Shown here: piece after piece, positions 29,292-38,353 of the stretch
Layout of the letters: each line of letters opens with the position of its first letter
Position numbering within the stretch: position 1 is the stretch's first letter
Assembly: GCA_050633245.1 (NCBI GenBank)
Contig: JBOEGD010000020.1
Span: 269,712-333,711, forward strand
Reading direction: 5' to 3'
Length of the DNA stretch: 64,000 nt
Origin: Calditrichia bacterium
GTDB taxonomy: Bacteria; Calditrichota; Calditrichia; RBG-13-44-9; J075
Program-made: the position numbers and the translations under genes
The notes under the pieces: generated by a model
The model's input: the letters and a program-made list of their open reading frames with translations, nothing else
What the model was told of the DNA's origin: nothing
The model's database searches: none

Positions 29292-30533
29292 TTACATGGT
29301 TAGCGACTGATGTTCGACATCCCGATATAGGTCCAGGGCAGAGTCTTCCTTGATGAGTTGGAAAACATCGCGAATTTGCTCATGACCAATGCGAAGCAAA
29401 AAGTTTGGACTCTTTCCATAGCTCTTCATGCCAATAATGTAAAAGTTGGGTTCAGGGTTCTTTAAGACCTCCGCACCCTTACTGGTCTGCGCCAGACAAT
29501 CTTCTGAAGAATCTCCAAGTAGTGCAGCAGCCAGGCTCATTGGTCCGCGCGAAGCATAGCATTCATGAATTTGCAGCTCGCTGTATAAAGAGTTGTCAGG
29601 AGAGTGGCCAACACAGGCCAGGATTTGATCGGCTTCAATGCTCTGAAAGGAATCTCCCTGACGAATTTCTACCGTAAACGAGGTGTCAGTCTTCTTTTGA
29701 ATAGACTGTATCAGTGCACCTGAGATTCGGGTAACGGCTGCAGACTGTGCGACCCGATTCGCTCGGTCAATAATACGAGTACGCTCCTGTAGTGGATCAC
29801 TTTCGATTGTTGAGAACGGGGGAGTATTATCGCTGCGCGTTATCCAGATTAGTCGGCTACCAGGCGCTGTTGCGCACAGATCCTCGAAGTTTGCCAGCGT
29901 TGTTGCCGCACTGTGTCCATTGCCAATCAGCAACATCGTTTTGTTCGCATATTGCTTGGCATTTGCTTTAAAGTTTGCGATTCCATACTCTATCGAGCTT
30001 TGTAGGCCTTGCTCGCCAATGGCAGGAATCCCGCCTTCACCAAGCCAGTTTGCATTTGAGAAAGTGCCGCTGCAGTCTAAAACCACGTCGGCAGTCTCGA
30101 CAAACTCATTGCCGTCTTCCTTGCGCAATAATAAGCGGAATGGAAAGGTTGCTCTGGCCGGATCACCAATCATATCGCGTTTCATCTGCGTGCTTCGTGC
30201 GACACTGATTACCTCAACACCGGAATGAATGAGGTCTTTTATAGCCGGGGTATCAGCCAGTGGAAGTAAATATTTATTGCGAAACTCATTTCCGCTTAGA
30301 TATGAATCATCATCTGGTAATGTATGATTGGTCTGGCTTAAGTATTCTCGACCAAGCGTGGAGGCGTTCATCTTGAATGGGGAGAAGAATGTGACGTGTT
30401 GCCACTGTTTTATGTGGTTTGCAACGGATGCCTTTTCGAAAACGCTCACCTTATATCCAAGGTGGGTTGCATAAAGCGCTGCTTCCAATCCGATCGGACC
30501 TGCGCCGATAATTGCGATGTGTTTCGTGTCCAT
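29292..30533 (-). CDS. FAD/NAD(P)-dependent oxidoreductase (flavin monooxygenase-like, ArsO/ArsV-type superfamily)
   Basis: IIGAGPIGL FAD motif, IGNGHSA NAD(P) motif, ELQIHECYAS, EPNFYIIGMKSYG; start ATG 30533. Confidence 0.85.
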   Translation of the reverse strand: MDTKHIAIIGAGPIGLEAALYATHLGYKVSVFEKASVANHIKQWQHVTFFSPFKMNASTLGREYLSQTNHTLPDDDSYLSGNEFRNKYLLPLADTPAIKDLIHSGVEVISVARSTQMKRDMIGDPARATFPFRLLLRKEDGNEFVETADVVLDCSGTFSNANWLGEGGIPAIGEQGLQSSIEYGIANFKANAKQYANKTMLLIGNGHSAATTLANFEDLCATAPGSRLIWITRSDNTPPFSTIESDPLQERTRIIDRANRVAQSAAVTRISGALIQSIQKKTDTSFTVEIRQGDSFQSIEADQILACVGHSPDNSLYSELQIHECYASRGPMSLAAALLGDSSEDCLAQTSKGAEVLKNPEPNFYIIGMKSYGKSPNFLLRIGHEQIRDVFQLIKEDSALDLYRDVEHQSLTM

Positions 30534-30641
30534 CGTTTCCCTCTTTGGTTTTAGACAGGGCATGCTGAACCGCATGGATGTAACCCATCGGTCGAGCAGA
30601 AGGAGTCTCTGTCGAGATTTAACTTGTGTTGTGATCGTATT

Positions 30642-31457
30642 TTAGCGCTGGGCTACGGGAGGGGGAAGCTGAAAAAGATGTGTAAACTCCAGCTGTTGCG
30701 GAATAATGTTGCGGTGCGATCTATCGCTTATAAAGGCTGGTAGTTTCAACGAATTTAAAAGTGTTGCCAGTTGCGAAATTAGAGATGCTGTCTTGTTATG
30801 CGCCTTTTGAAACCAGCGTTTTAAGTCCGAAGAGTTGTCAATGTCCTGTAGGGAAGGTAGCAGAAATATGTTGTGTCTGGCGCGTTTTAAATTCTCAAGA
30901 AGCGTGGAACTTACGCTGTTTGTGCCCCAGGAAAGATTGTCAAAAAGAGATCTCGAAAAACTGGAGAGACCAAGCAGGTAAAAGCCGCCATCACATGAAT
31001 TGCCTAAAACGCTATGACCACACTTCAGCTGTTCGAATGTGTCTATCAAATGACTCGCCGACAAATCGAGACAGTCATTACCGATAATCGCAACATGTTT
31101 ATAGCCCTTGGAAAATCCTGAGCTGAGAGCGGATGATATATTTGTATTGAAATTTGACCCCGAGTGAGCAATGAAATCAAACGGTAGCGGGTGTTCACAT
31201 GAATCGTTTATTTTCTGAAGAGCGGTAAGATCAGACGCATCTGATGCGATTATTAAATCGAATGGAGAAAGAGCCTGTGCTTCTGAAATTGTTTTAAAGA
31301 GGTGCTGTAAAAAATAGCGATAAACAACCAGTTGGGAATGGGCATTTTTCGTCAAGCGTTTCTGCCGCGCGTCCTTTAACGGATCGCGTGTTAGTAGAAC
31401 CAGTGCGTTAGAACAAGACTTCTGTGATTTTAAGGGTTTCATTTCCTGCTGCTTCAT
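30642..31457 (-). CDS. DUF2064 (TIGR04282/CofC-like) transferase
   Basis: IIGNDC, LGNSCDGGFYLLGL, LSWGT, LQDIDNSSDL. Confidence 0.85.
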   Translation of the reverse strand: MKQQEMKPLKSQKSCSNALVLLTRDPLKDARQKRLTKNAHSQLVVYRYFLQHLFKTISEAQALSPFDLIIASDASDLTALQKINDSCEHPLPFDFIAHSGSNFNTNISSALSSGFSKGYKHVAIIGNDCLDLSASHLIDTFEQLKCGHSVLGNSCDGGFYLLGLSSFSRSLFDNLSWGTNSVSSTLLENLKRARHNIFLLPSLQDIDNSSDLKRWFQKAHNKTASLISQLATLLNSLKLPAFISDRSHRNIIPQQLEFTHLFQLPPPVAQR

Positions 31458-31567
31458 TGTTACGGTTGCTTAGTATAACTTACATAAGAATCGTCATTAA
31501 AGTTCTCACGAAACTGTAACATTTTTGTGCATACACTGATCTTTTTTTGAAGTCCAAGGTGGATAAT

Positions 31568-32326
31568 TTACTTCTTATCCAATTCAGATCGGATGTCGGA
31601 GAGATTCTGTTCGAATTGTCGCTTGGTCTTAAAATGCCAATCGAAGGCTGATGAGAAGATTGTAACCAAGATAATTGTGCCGGCACCAATAACCCCTTTG
31701 AGCGTGCCGGAAATTTTTGACTTTCCTATTCGTTTGCGATAGCGAACCGGAACTTCCAGTTCTCGAACCCCACGTTGGGCAGCTTTGATTTGCATCTCGA
31801 CTGTCCAGCCATAGGTTTGATCCTTCATGTTCAGGGAATTTAACGCCGAGAGCGTTATTGCGCGGAAGGGGCCAAGATCTGTATATCGAACTCCCCAAAA
31901 CAGCCGCATGAGTTTGCAGGAGAGCCAGTTACCAAATATCGCCTGTGGGGTTAATGCACCTTTTTCAGAATCACCTGCAACGCGCGAGCCGATGACCATT
32001 TCGAACTTCCCTGATAAAATAGGATCGACCAGCAAGTCCATCTCTTCCGGGTAATCGCTGTAGTCGCCATCCAGAAAAACCACGATGTCTGTTTCTTCCT
32101 GAAGTGCTTCAATGCCGGCAAGACAGGCAGAGCCGTATCCGCGCAGGTTTTCTGAAATTACGCGCGCTTTGTGGGCACGTGCAACCTGAGCCGTATTGTC
32201 CGTAGAGCCGTTGTCTACAACAATAACATCGTCTACATAATGTGGAATATCGCTGATAACCTTACCGATAGACTGTTCTTCATTCAAAACGGGGATGATG
32301 ACTGAAATTCGCAAGTCGTTCTTCAT
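31568..32326 (-). CDS. GT2 glycosyltransferase (polyprenol-phosphate glycosyltransferase-like)
   Basis: IIPVLNEE, VDNGSTD, FLDGD, TDLGPFRA, GKSKISGT. Confidence 0.92.
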   Translation of the reverse strand: MKNDLRISVIIPVLNEEQSIGKVISDIPHYVDDVIVVDNGSTDNTAQVARAHKARVISENLRGYGSACLAGIEALQEETDIVVFLDGDYSDYPEEMDLLVDPILSGKFEMVIGSRVAGDSEKGALTPQAIFGNWLSCKLMRLFWGVRYTDLGPFRAITLSALNSLNMKDQTYGWTVEMQIKAAQRGVRELEVPVRYRKRIGKSKISGTLKGVIGAGTIILVTIFSSAFDWHFKTKRQFEQNLSDIRSELDKK

Positions 32327-33776
32327 ATCCTTCTGCTACCTCCGTTGGTGTGGCAGTTAACGATTGCCGATTCAGCCTCCATTCATATATAAATACGAGC
32401 CAAACAGGTACAAATTCAACCCAAACAACCCACTGACTAAAGATGTCTGTACGACCCATAAGGTTGTAGCAATGCCATAAATAATACAGCGGCATTAGTG
32501 CAGTCAGCATAAATAATGATCGGCGTTGATAAAGCACAAGAAGAGGGACTATCCAGATTGCATACCATGGGAATTGTGTTGGACTTAGCATGAAAATAGC
32601 CGTAACAACCATCAGGCAGCGTCTTATAAGCTCCTGCTTTTTTCCAGGATGAGAAAAACTATACCAGGAAATCAGTGCCAGACAAAGTAGTGCAACCAGG
32701 CCTCTGGCGCTCTGTTGAGCGTATAGATGAGCGAAACCTTCCCGCAAATCGAATAGGTTAAAGAACACATCAAATGCGGAAAAGATCATTAAGAATAATG
32801 AATCATTAAGCTGCCAGCGTTGGCTATAGGCGTTTAAGCCGGAGCCAGAGTCCAGGCCAGTGGCATAAATGGGCCAGAAGAAGAGTGCCGTAAGCGTCAG
32901 CGTAATGCTGAGAGCAATAAATAATTTCAGGGGTTGTCTCAGCCAGGGGCGAAAAAGTATGGGGAACAGGGCCAGCGGCCAAATCTTTATTGCGCCTGCA
33001 AATGCGATAAATATGCTCGCCCAAAGCGGTCGATTTTGAAATACCAATAGCAGAGCCGCTAATAAGAAAGGAAATATAAGCAAGTCCATGTGGGCAGAAT
33101 TGAATATCTCTTTTATAAGAAGCGGATTCAGCCAATAAGCGGCAAGCCAAAGCGGTGAAAGACTCAGATGCGCTAACAGCTTAAACAACAGGAATGTCGT
33201 TATCACATCCATTAACAGGAGAACAATTTTCCATGCGGTAATGCTCCACGGAAAAATCCAGTGTGCCAGTGCAAAGAAAAACTGCGTGACTGGTGGATAG
33301 ATCGTACGCAAATAAGAATGATTAATCTCGTTCAGGTGAGCGGAACCGGATTTTTTAACCTTGCTAAACCCATCATTGGGTACCGTGTTCTTTATCGCAT
33401 CAGGAGAGTGGGAATATGGATTTAAGCCATTTGCTGTTACTGCACCATCCCATAAATAGCGATGATAGTCATCTTCCAAAATCGGCGTAGAGGTGATTGC
33501 CGCCAGCCTCATAATTATGCCAAGAAAAAGAACCCATAGGAGAACCTGTTTTTTGGCAGGTGTGTGTACGATGCCCTCAATAAGAAATAAATAGGCCATT
33601 CCGGCGAGCACCATTAGAAAAACAAAGTGTTCATACGGATATTCAGTGGCAGGGATATCCATGCTGAAAGCGGGGCTAAGTTGAATGGCGGAGAAAAAAA
33701 ATCCCAATAAAAATAGTCCACCAAGGAACCATCTTATCGGGATTTTAAAAGACTTTAGATCGATGCTTCTAAACAT
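32280..33776 (-). CDS. Polytopic GT-C fold glycosyltransferase (GT87/DUF2029-like)
   Basis: EDDYHRYLWDG, TIYPP, WLNPLLIKE, HMD, PWY; many TM helices. Confidence 0.85.
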   Translation of the reverse strand: MFRSIDLKSFKIPIRWFLGGLFLLGFFFSAIQLSPAFSMDIPATEYPYEHFVFLMVLAGMAYLFLIEGIVHTPAKKQVLLWVLFLGIIMRLAAITSTPILEDDYHRYLWDGAVTANGLNPYSHSPDAIKNTVPNDGFSKVKKSGSAHLNEINHSYLRTIYPPVTQFFFALAHWIFPWSITAWKIVLLLMDVITTFLLFKLLAHLSLSPLWLAAYWLNPLLIKEIFNSAHMDLLIFPFLLAALLLVFQNRPLWASIFIAFAGAIKIWPLALFPILFRPWLRQPLKLFIALSITLTLTALFFWPIYATGLDSGSGLNAYSQRWQLNDSLFLMIFSAFDVFFNLFDLREGFAHLYAQQSARGLVALLCLALISWYSFSHPGKKQELIRRCLMVVTAIFMLSPTQFPWYAIWIVPLLVLYQRRSLFMLTALMPLYYLWHCYNLMGRTDIFSQWVVWVEFVPVWLVFIYEWRLNRQSLTATPTEVAEGYEERLANFSHHPRFE

Positions 33777-33812
33777 TTGAACAGGTGTATCCTTTTCAAA
33801 GACTTGTAGACT

Positions 33813-35261
33813 TTATCGCTGTCCGGAAAATGAGGAGATTGCGATATAATAAAAGCCGAATTGAAACAGCAGAAAAAATGGTGCAGAATAGTATATTTCC
33901 TGCGAAATAAAATAGTACCAACCATAGGTAAAGTAGCTGGCTATCATAAATTCAAAGATATGCTGATAATTCTTACCGGGTCGATAAAGTTTTTTGCGCC
34001 AACTTCCTTTTTTGCCTTCAAGCTTGAACTTCGGCGTGCGAATGAAGTCGCTTTTGTAGCCTAGTAATGCTTCCAATGCCGCCTTACCGTTGTTGAAAGA
34101 CAACCCGATTCCAAAAGCCATTAACAGTGGCAAATAAAGCACGTGTGGCCAAAGTTTGCCAAGTGAATCGCGAATCGCAACGCTATAATAAATCAGAATG
34201 GAAATGGTTGCGGCAAAGAAGACCATAAAATAAACGAACACCAACTTCCACGGAACATCGCCCATCGCAAGCTGCGTTTTTAATACCGGCACCAGTAATA
34301 GCGCCGGAATGGCCATCAATAAATAGGCGAAGTTATTGGAGAGGTGAATAATCGCTTCAACACGGATATAAAACGGATGATCAGACTGCCAAATACGCTT
34401 CATTAGCTTAAGAGCGGTTTGCACCGAACCTTTTGCCCAGCGATGCTGCTGGCCTTTATAGGCATTCATTTCTGCAGGAAGTTCAGCCGGTGAAACCACA
34501 TTTGGCAGATAGCGAAACTTCCAGCCAACAATCTGTGCACGATAGCTAAGATCGAGATCTTCAGTGAGGGTGTCATGTTGCCAGCCACCCGCATCGCTAA
34601 TGGCTTGCTTACGCCAAACGCCTGCCGTTCCGTTAAAGTTAAAAAATCGACCAGAGCGATTTCGGGCAAGATGCTCAATAATGAAATGCGCATCAAGAAA
34701 GATCGCCTGCAGCTTAGTCAGCAGAGAGTAATTGCGGTTAATATGACCCCAGCGCGTTTGCACCATGCCTATTCCCGGCTGCATGAGATGAGGAATAGTT
34801 TTACGCAAAAAGTCGCTGTTCGGTACAAAATCCGCATCAAAGACTGCTACAAACTCGGCATCGGTATGCTTCAGTCCATAAGCAAGTGCGCCTGCTTTGA
34901 AGCCCACGCGATTACTGCGCCTGACATGGTCGACTCGCCAACCCTTCTTCTGAAGCGTTTCAACGAGTTTTGCAGACAACCGAACGGTGCTGTCAGTAGA
35001 GTCATCAAGCAATTGGATATGCAGCTTATCTTTTGGATAGTCCATGCAAATGACTGTCTTGAGGAGTCGCTTTACGACGTATTTTTCATTGTAAATGGGA
35101 AGCTGAACCGCTACCTCCGGCCATTCTTCTGGCTCATCAATCTGAGGTTCGGGGTGGCGTTTGTACTGTCGGTACATATACAGTAGGTGGTACTTGTGAA
35201 TTCCGAAAAGACCCAGAATCACCAGGGCAAATATATATATGCCAAATAAGAAGTTATCCAA
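33813..35261 (-). CDS. Cellulose-synthase-like processive GT2 (CslA-like)
   Basis: QLPIYNE, DDSTD, KAGAL, FDADF, TEDLDLS, QQHRW (QxxRW), C-terminal TMs; TTG start. Confidence 0.93.
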   Translation of the reverse strand: MDNFLFGIYIFALVILGLFGIHKYHLLYMYRQYKRHPEPQIDEPEEWPEVAVQLPIYNEKYVVKRLLKTVICMDYPKDKLHIQLLDDSTDSTVRLSAKLVETLQKKGWRVDHVRRSNRVGFKAGALAYGLKHTDAEFVAVFDADFVPNSDFLRKTIPHLMQPGIGMVQTRWGHINRNYSLLTKLQAIFLDAHFIIEHLARNRSGRFFNFNGTAGVWRKQAISDAGGWQHDTLTEDLDLSYRAQIVGWKFRYLPNVVSPAELPAEMNAYKGQQHRWAKGSVQTALKLMKRIWQSDHPFYIRVEAIIHLSNNFAYLLMAIPALLLVPVLKTQLAMGDVPWKLVFVYFMVFFAATISILIYYSVAIRDSLGKLWPHVLYLPLLMAFGIGLSFNNGKAALEALLGYKSDFIRTPKFKLEGKKGSWRKKLYRPGKNYQHIFEFMIASYFTYGWYYFISQEIYYSAPFFLLFQFGFYYIAISSFSGQR

Positions 35262-35321
35262 TATTTCAGTGCCTAAGGTTTATCCAACAAAGGGATTAAC
35301 TAAACTTTATTACAAGATGTG

Positions 35322-35350
35322 AAAGTACACTGCTCCTTCTACATTTGCAA
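35322..35350 (-). promoter_or_regulatory. Candidate sigma-70 promoter of the glycosyltransferase/arsM operon
   Basis: TTGCAA-N17-TACTTT on the minus strand. Confidence 0.5.
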
Positions 35351-35558
35351 ATTTTTTTAAGATCCACAAACCTTACTAAACCTTTATCACAAAAGGATAA
35401 CCATTCCCTAATTTTTTCCTGTCATTGGGAAGAACATGTTTTCCAAACATCTGAGCAGGGGGTGAGCTATTGATTGCCTCTCTGAAAATTTGTGCTTTCC
35501 GTGAGCCCTTAGCTTCACTATTTTATTCAGCAAAGACAAACTATAACAGATATGGGTT

Positions 35559-37499
35559 ATGCTGGCAATTTATAAATTCAGTTTTCAAGAGAATGAAACT
35601 CCGCAAATACGGTCGGAGCATATTGAGCATGTCGGGAAAAATCTGTCTGCTCATTTCAATACGCGCGAGTGGGTACACTGGACGTCAGGCCCAACCCTAT
35701 ATGTTTTTTTAGTCCATCAATCTGGTGAAGAGATAAGTGCTGCTAAAGTTTGCAAGGCGTTTGAAGACGAGTTGCCGTGTCAGCCTTTAGCGTCCGAGTT
35801 CTACTCAGGAGAGGCTGCTGTAGAGCATTTTTTAGAGGTGGCTTCCGGAATTGCTCATGGATTATATGGCCGAGCGCATTTAGAGGCTTTGCAGGAAAGT
35901 TATCAGAATGCTACAGGACGTGGTACTATCGGCCCGATTATGCATCATCTGTTTCAGCGAGGTATTTTGCTGCACGAGCAAGTGCGACAGGATACCGACT
36001 TCTTTCGTCTGGCGGTAAACTCTGAGGCTGCACTATACGAGCTTTCTGCTAAGGTACTTGCCTTAAGCGAAGGCAGTCGTGTTTTGTCAATTGGGGATAT
36101 AGAACCCGCATTGCCATTTTTCCATTTTTTGCGTGGCAGGGGAATACGTCACCTACAGGCTGTCAGCGATACAGAGGCACCTGAGCAATTGCCTGACTTT
36201 ATTACCTTTAAGATGTCTAAGTATGTTCAGCCAATCTCCGCTGATGAAAGTGTGCTACTCCTCTTTCCCTCAACAGCTCTTCAGATCTCGGATGCGCAGC
36301 TAATCGAGCTGGCGAAAACCCGTAAGAAACCTCTGCTGGTGTTCGACCTTACCAATACTGCGCGAAACCTGCGTAGTCTACGCCGCCAGGCAATGCTCTA
36401 TTTTAATACTGAAGACGACCTGAAGGCCGTTATCTCTTCAAATTTAAACGGGAGAAAACAGACGACTCGCGAGATTTCACGCTGGATATCACTCGAGCGC
36501 GAGCAATTCTTCCAGTGGCTTGCCAGCGATGAGCGTTTTGAATTTGCCGGTATTGTCGGTTCTACGCCGGCAATGCAGCAAGTGTTTGAACTCATCTCTC
36601 GTATTGCCCGTACCGATATAACGGTGCTGATAGACGGGGAAAGCGGAACGGGTAAGGAGCGGGTTGCACGTGCGATTCACTCCCTTAGCGGACGCTCTGA
36701 ACGCCCATTTCAAGTTCTTAATTGCGGTGCGATTCCGGAGAACCTTCTTGAGAGTGAACTGTTTGGGCACGAAAAAGGTGCCTTTACCGGAGCTGTTGTC
36801 CAAAAACGCGGTCTATTTGAGGAAGCCGATGGCGGTACGTTGCTACTCGATGAAATTGGTGAATTACCTGCTCATCTTCAGGTAAAGCTGCTGCGCTTTC
36901 TACAGGAAGGGGAAATTAAGCATGTCGGCAGCAATGAAACTCGTAAAGTTGATGTGCGAATTGTTGCGGCAACCAACCAGGATCTTGCTGCCATGGTGGC
37001 CAAGCAGACCTTTCGTAGTGATTTGTATTATCGGTTAAATGTGTTGCAGCTTACCGTGCCTCCACTGCGAAAGCGCAAGGAGGATGTGCTGTTGTTGGCC
37101 GAGCATTTTCGCCGCCGTTTCTCCCAAAAGCTGCATAAGTCGGTCAACTCAATTTCCGACGAGGCCTTACGCGTGCTGCAGCATTACAGTTGGCCGGGAA
37201 ACGTGCGCGAACTGGAAAATGCTATTGAACGCGCAGTTGCTCTCGCACTTGGGGAACAAATACTTGCTGTAAATCTGCCTCAAATTGTGCAGAGCCCGCC
37301 AGTTGCCGGTGCGGCAATGAGCGATATTCCATTCCGTGGTAAGCAGCTTACGCTGAAAGAACTGGAAAGGGAATATATTTTAGCAACGCTGGAACAGTTC
37401 GATTGGAATTATGATGAGGTCTGCAAGAAGTTGGCTATTGGACGTACGACTCTATGGCGAAAGCTGCGCGAATATAATGTAATTCCGCCATCCTCATAA
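35559..37499 (+). CDS. Sigma-54 enhancer-binding protein with an N-terminal degenerate glutamyl-tRNA reductase (HemA)-like domain
   Basis: AAA+ ([28 protein letters not shown]) and Fis HTH; N-terminal ~325 aa align by eye to HemA ([57 protein letters not shown]). Confidence 0.85.
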   Translation: MLAIYKFSFQENETPQIRSEHIEHVGKNLSAHFNTREWVHWTSGPTLYVFLVHQSGEEISAAKVCKAFEDELPCQPLASEFYSGEAAVEHFLEVASGIAHGLYGRAHLEALQESYQNATGRGTIGPIMHHLFQRGILLHEQVRQDTDFFRLAVNSEAALYELSAKVLALSEGSRVLSIGDIEPALPFFHFLRGRGIRHLQAVSDTEAPEQLPDFITFKMSKYVQPISADESVLLLFPSTALQISDAQLIELAKTRKKPLLVFDLTNTARNLRSLRRQAMLYFNTEDDLKAVISSNLNGRKQTTREISRWISLEREQFFQWLASDERFEFAGIVGSTPAMQQVFELISRIARTDITVLIDGESGTGKERVARAIHSLSGRSERPFQVLNCGAIPENLLESELFGHEKGAFTGAVVQKRGLFEEADGGTLLLDEIGELPAHLQVKLLRFLQEGEIKHVGSNETRKVDVRIVAATNQDLAAMVAKQTFRSDLYYRLNVLQLTVPPLRKRKEDVLLLAEHFRRRFSQKLHKSVNSISDEALRVLQHYSWPGNVRELENAIERAVALALGEQILAVNLPQIVQSPPVAGAAMSDIPFRGKQLTLKELEREYILATLEQFDWNYDEVCKKLAIGRTTLWRKLREYNVIPPSS

Positions 37500-37500
37500 A

Positions 37501-37533
37501 TTTCAACTTGAAAAACGCCGTTTCAAGTTGAAA
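37501..37533. promoter_or_regulatory. Tandem palindromes, candidate upstream activator sites
   Basis: TTTCAA-C-TTGAAA (37501-37513) and TTTCAA-G-TTGAAA (37521-37533), 20 bp centre to centre, about 135-165 bp upstream of a -24/-12 site. Confidence 0.65.
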
Positions 37534-37666
37534 TTCCTGCACAGTATGCAGTCTTTTGGTAAATTCTCTCCCAAAAATCTTCTCTCTGTTTTAAGTGGTT
37601 GTTTATATTCGTCATGTAGTCTCTTTTTTGTGTTCCTTTTCTTGTCGGTACTCCTAAATTTGTTCT

Positions 37667-37682
37667 TGGCACAGCAATTGTT
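37667..37682 (+). promoter_or_regulatory. Candidate sigma-54 (-24/-12) promoter
   Basis: TGGCAC-AGCAA-TTGTT, about 70 bp upstream of the lipoprotein start. Confidence 0.65.
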
Positions 37683-37749
37683 TAGAGTATTCGCAGTTGT
37701 ACCTTAGCATGTTTATTGAATACTCTAACATATCCAGGAGCTTGTCGCA

Positions 37750-38241
37750 ATGAAACGCAATACCCTCACTTTTCTCTTCATGTTTTTACTTTTTGGTCTT
37801 TTTACTTTATCCTGCAGTGATGATAGTCCTACTGAAGTCCCTGAGTTTGGTAGCATTTCCGGAACTGTATCCTTTACCGGAACCTGGCCCGCAGCCGGCG
37901 ATATTCAGGTTTCTATCTACGCGCCGTTGACACCTCCATACGTTCCTACCGGAGCTCCGCTGGCTTTTACGGATCCGATAGCTTCCGGTGTAAACACATA
38001 TGACTTCAACTTTGAAGGGTTGGAAAAAACTGAATATGGCGCTATCTTTGTGAGCTGGCGCGATCCTGCAAACCCTGCAGCCTCCAAGCTATTGGGTATG
38101 TACTGGACAGATGCGACGGATGCCGGAATTAATGTTCAAACCGGACTTCCGACAGCCCAGCCATCTACAATTACCATTGATGATGATAATATTGACGTGA
38201 CCGGTGCGAATCTAACTGCGAATTTAGATCTGGCACAATAA
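37750..38241 (+). CDS. Hypothetical lipoprotein
   Basis: Lipobox TLSC followed by SDDSPT; GSISGTV beta-sandwich-like start; AGGAG RBS. Confidence 0.85.
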   Translation: MKRNTLTFLFMFLLFGLFTLSCSDDSPTEVPEFGSISGTVSFTGTWPAAGDIQVSIYAPLTPPYVPTGAPLAFTDPIASGVNTYDFNFEGLEKTEYGAIFVSWRDPANPAASKLLGMYWTDATDAGINVQTGLPTAQPSTITIDDDNIDVTGANLTANLDLAQ

Positions 38242-38271
38242 GTTTCGCTTAACATAGAATCATATTGTTTA

Positions 38272-38340
38272 GACGAGATCGTTCATGCCAAACGTGCCGA
38301 TGCCCCTGGCGGCATGGCCGATCTCGTCGACGATTTTTTT
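38272..38340 (+). terminator. Long intergenic hairpin plus T run between lipoprotein and TonB receptor (attenuator or stabiliser)
   Basis: GACGAGATCG..CATGCC pairs with GGCATG..CGATCTCGTC; T7 at 38334-38340. Confidence 0.5.
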
Positions 38341-38353
38341 GGATACCCCACTC

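Noticed and set aside
34575-35186. 203-aa plus-strand ORF
   Set aside because: Antisense shadow of the well-supported CslA-like GT2; no motifs.
35262-35558. Divergent HemA-like activator directly driving the arsenic operon
   Set aside because: No minus-strand -24/-12 motif was found, and a sigma-70-like promoter is present instead. The enhancer-like sites and sigma-54 motif lie downstream of the activator. An indirect link is not excluded.
38272-38340. Cobalamin or other riboswitch ahead of the TonB receptor
   Set aside because: Only a simple hairpin in a ~110-bp gap; no B12-box or other recognisable aptamer consensus.
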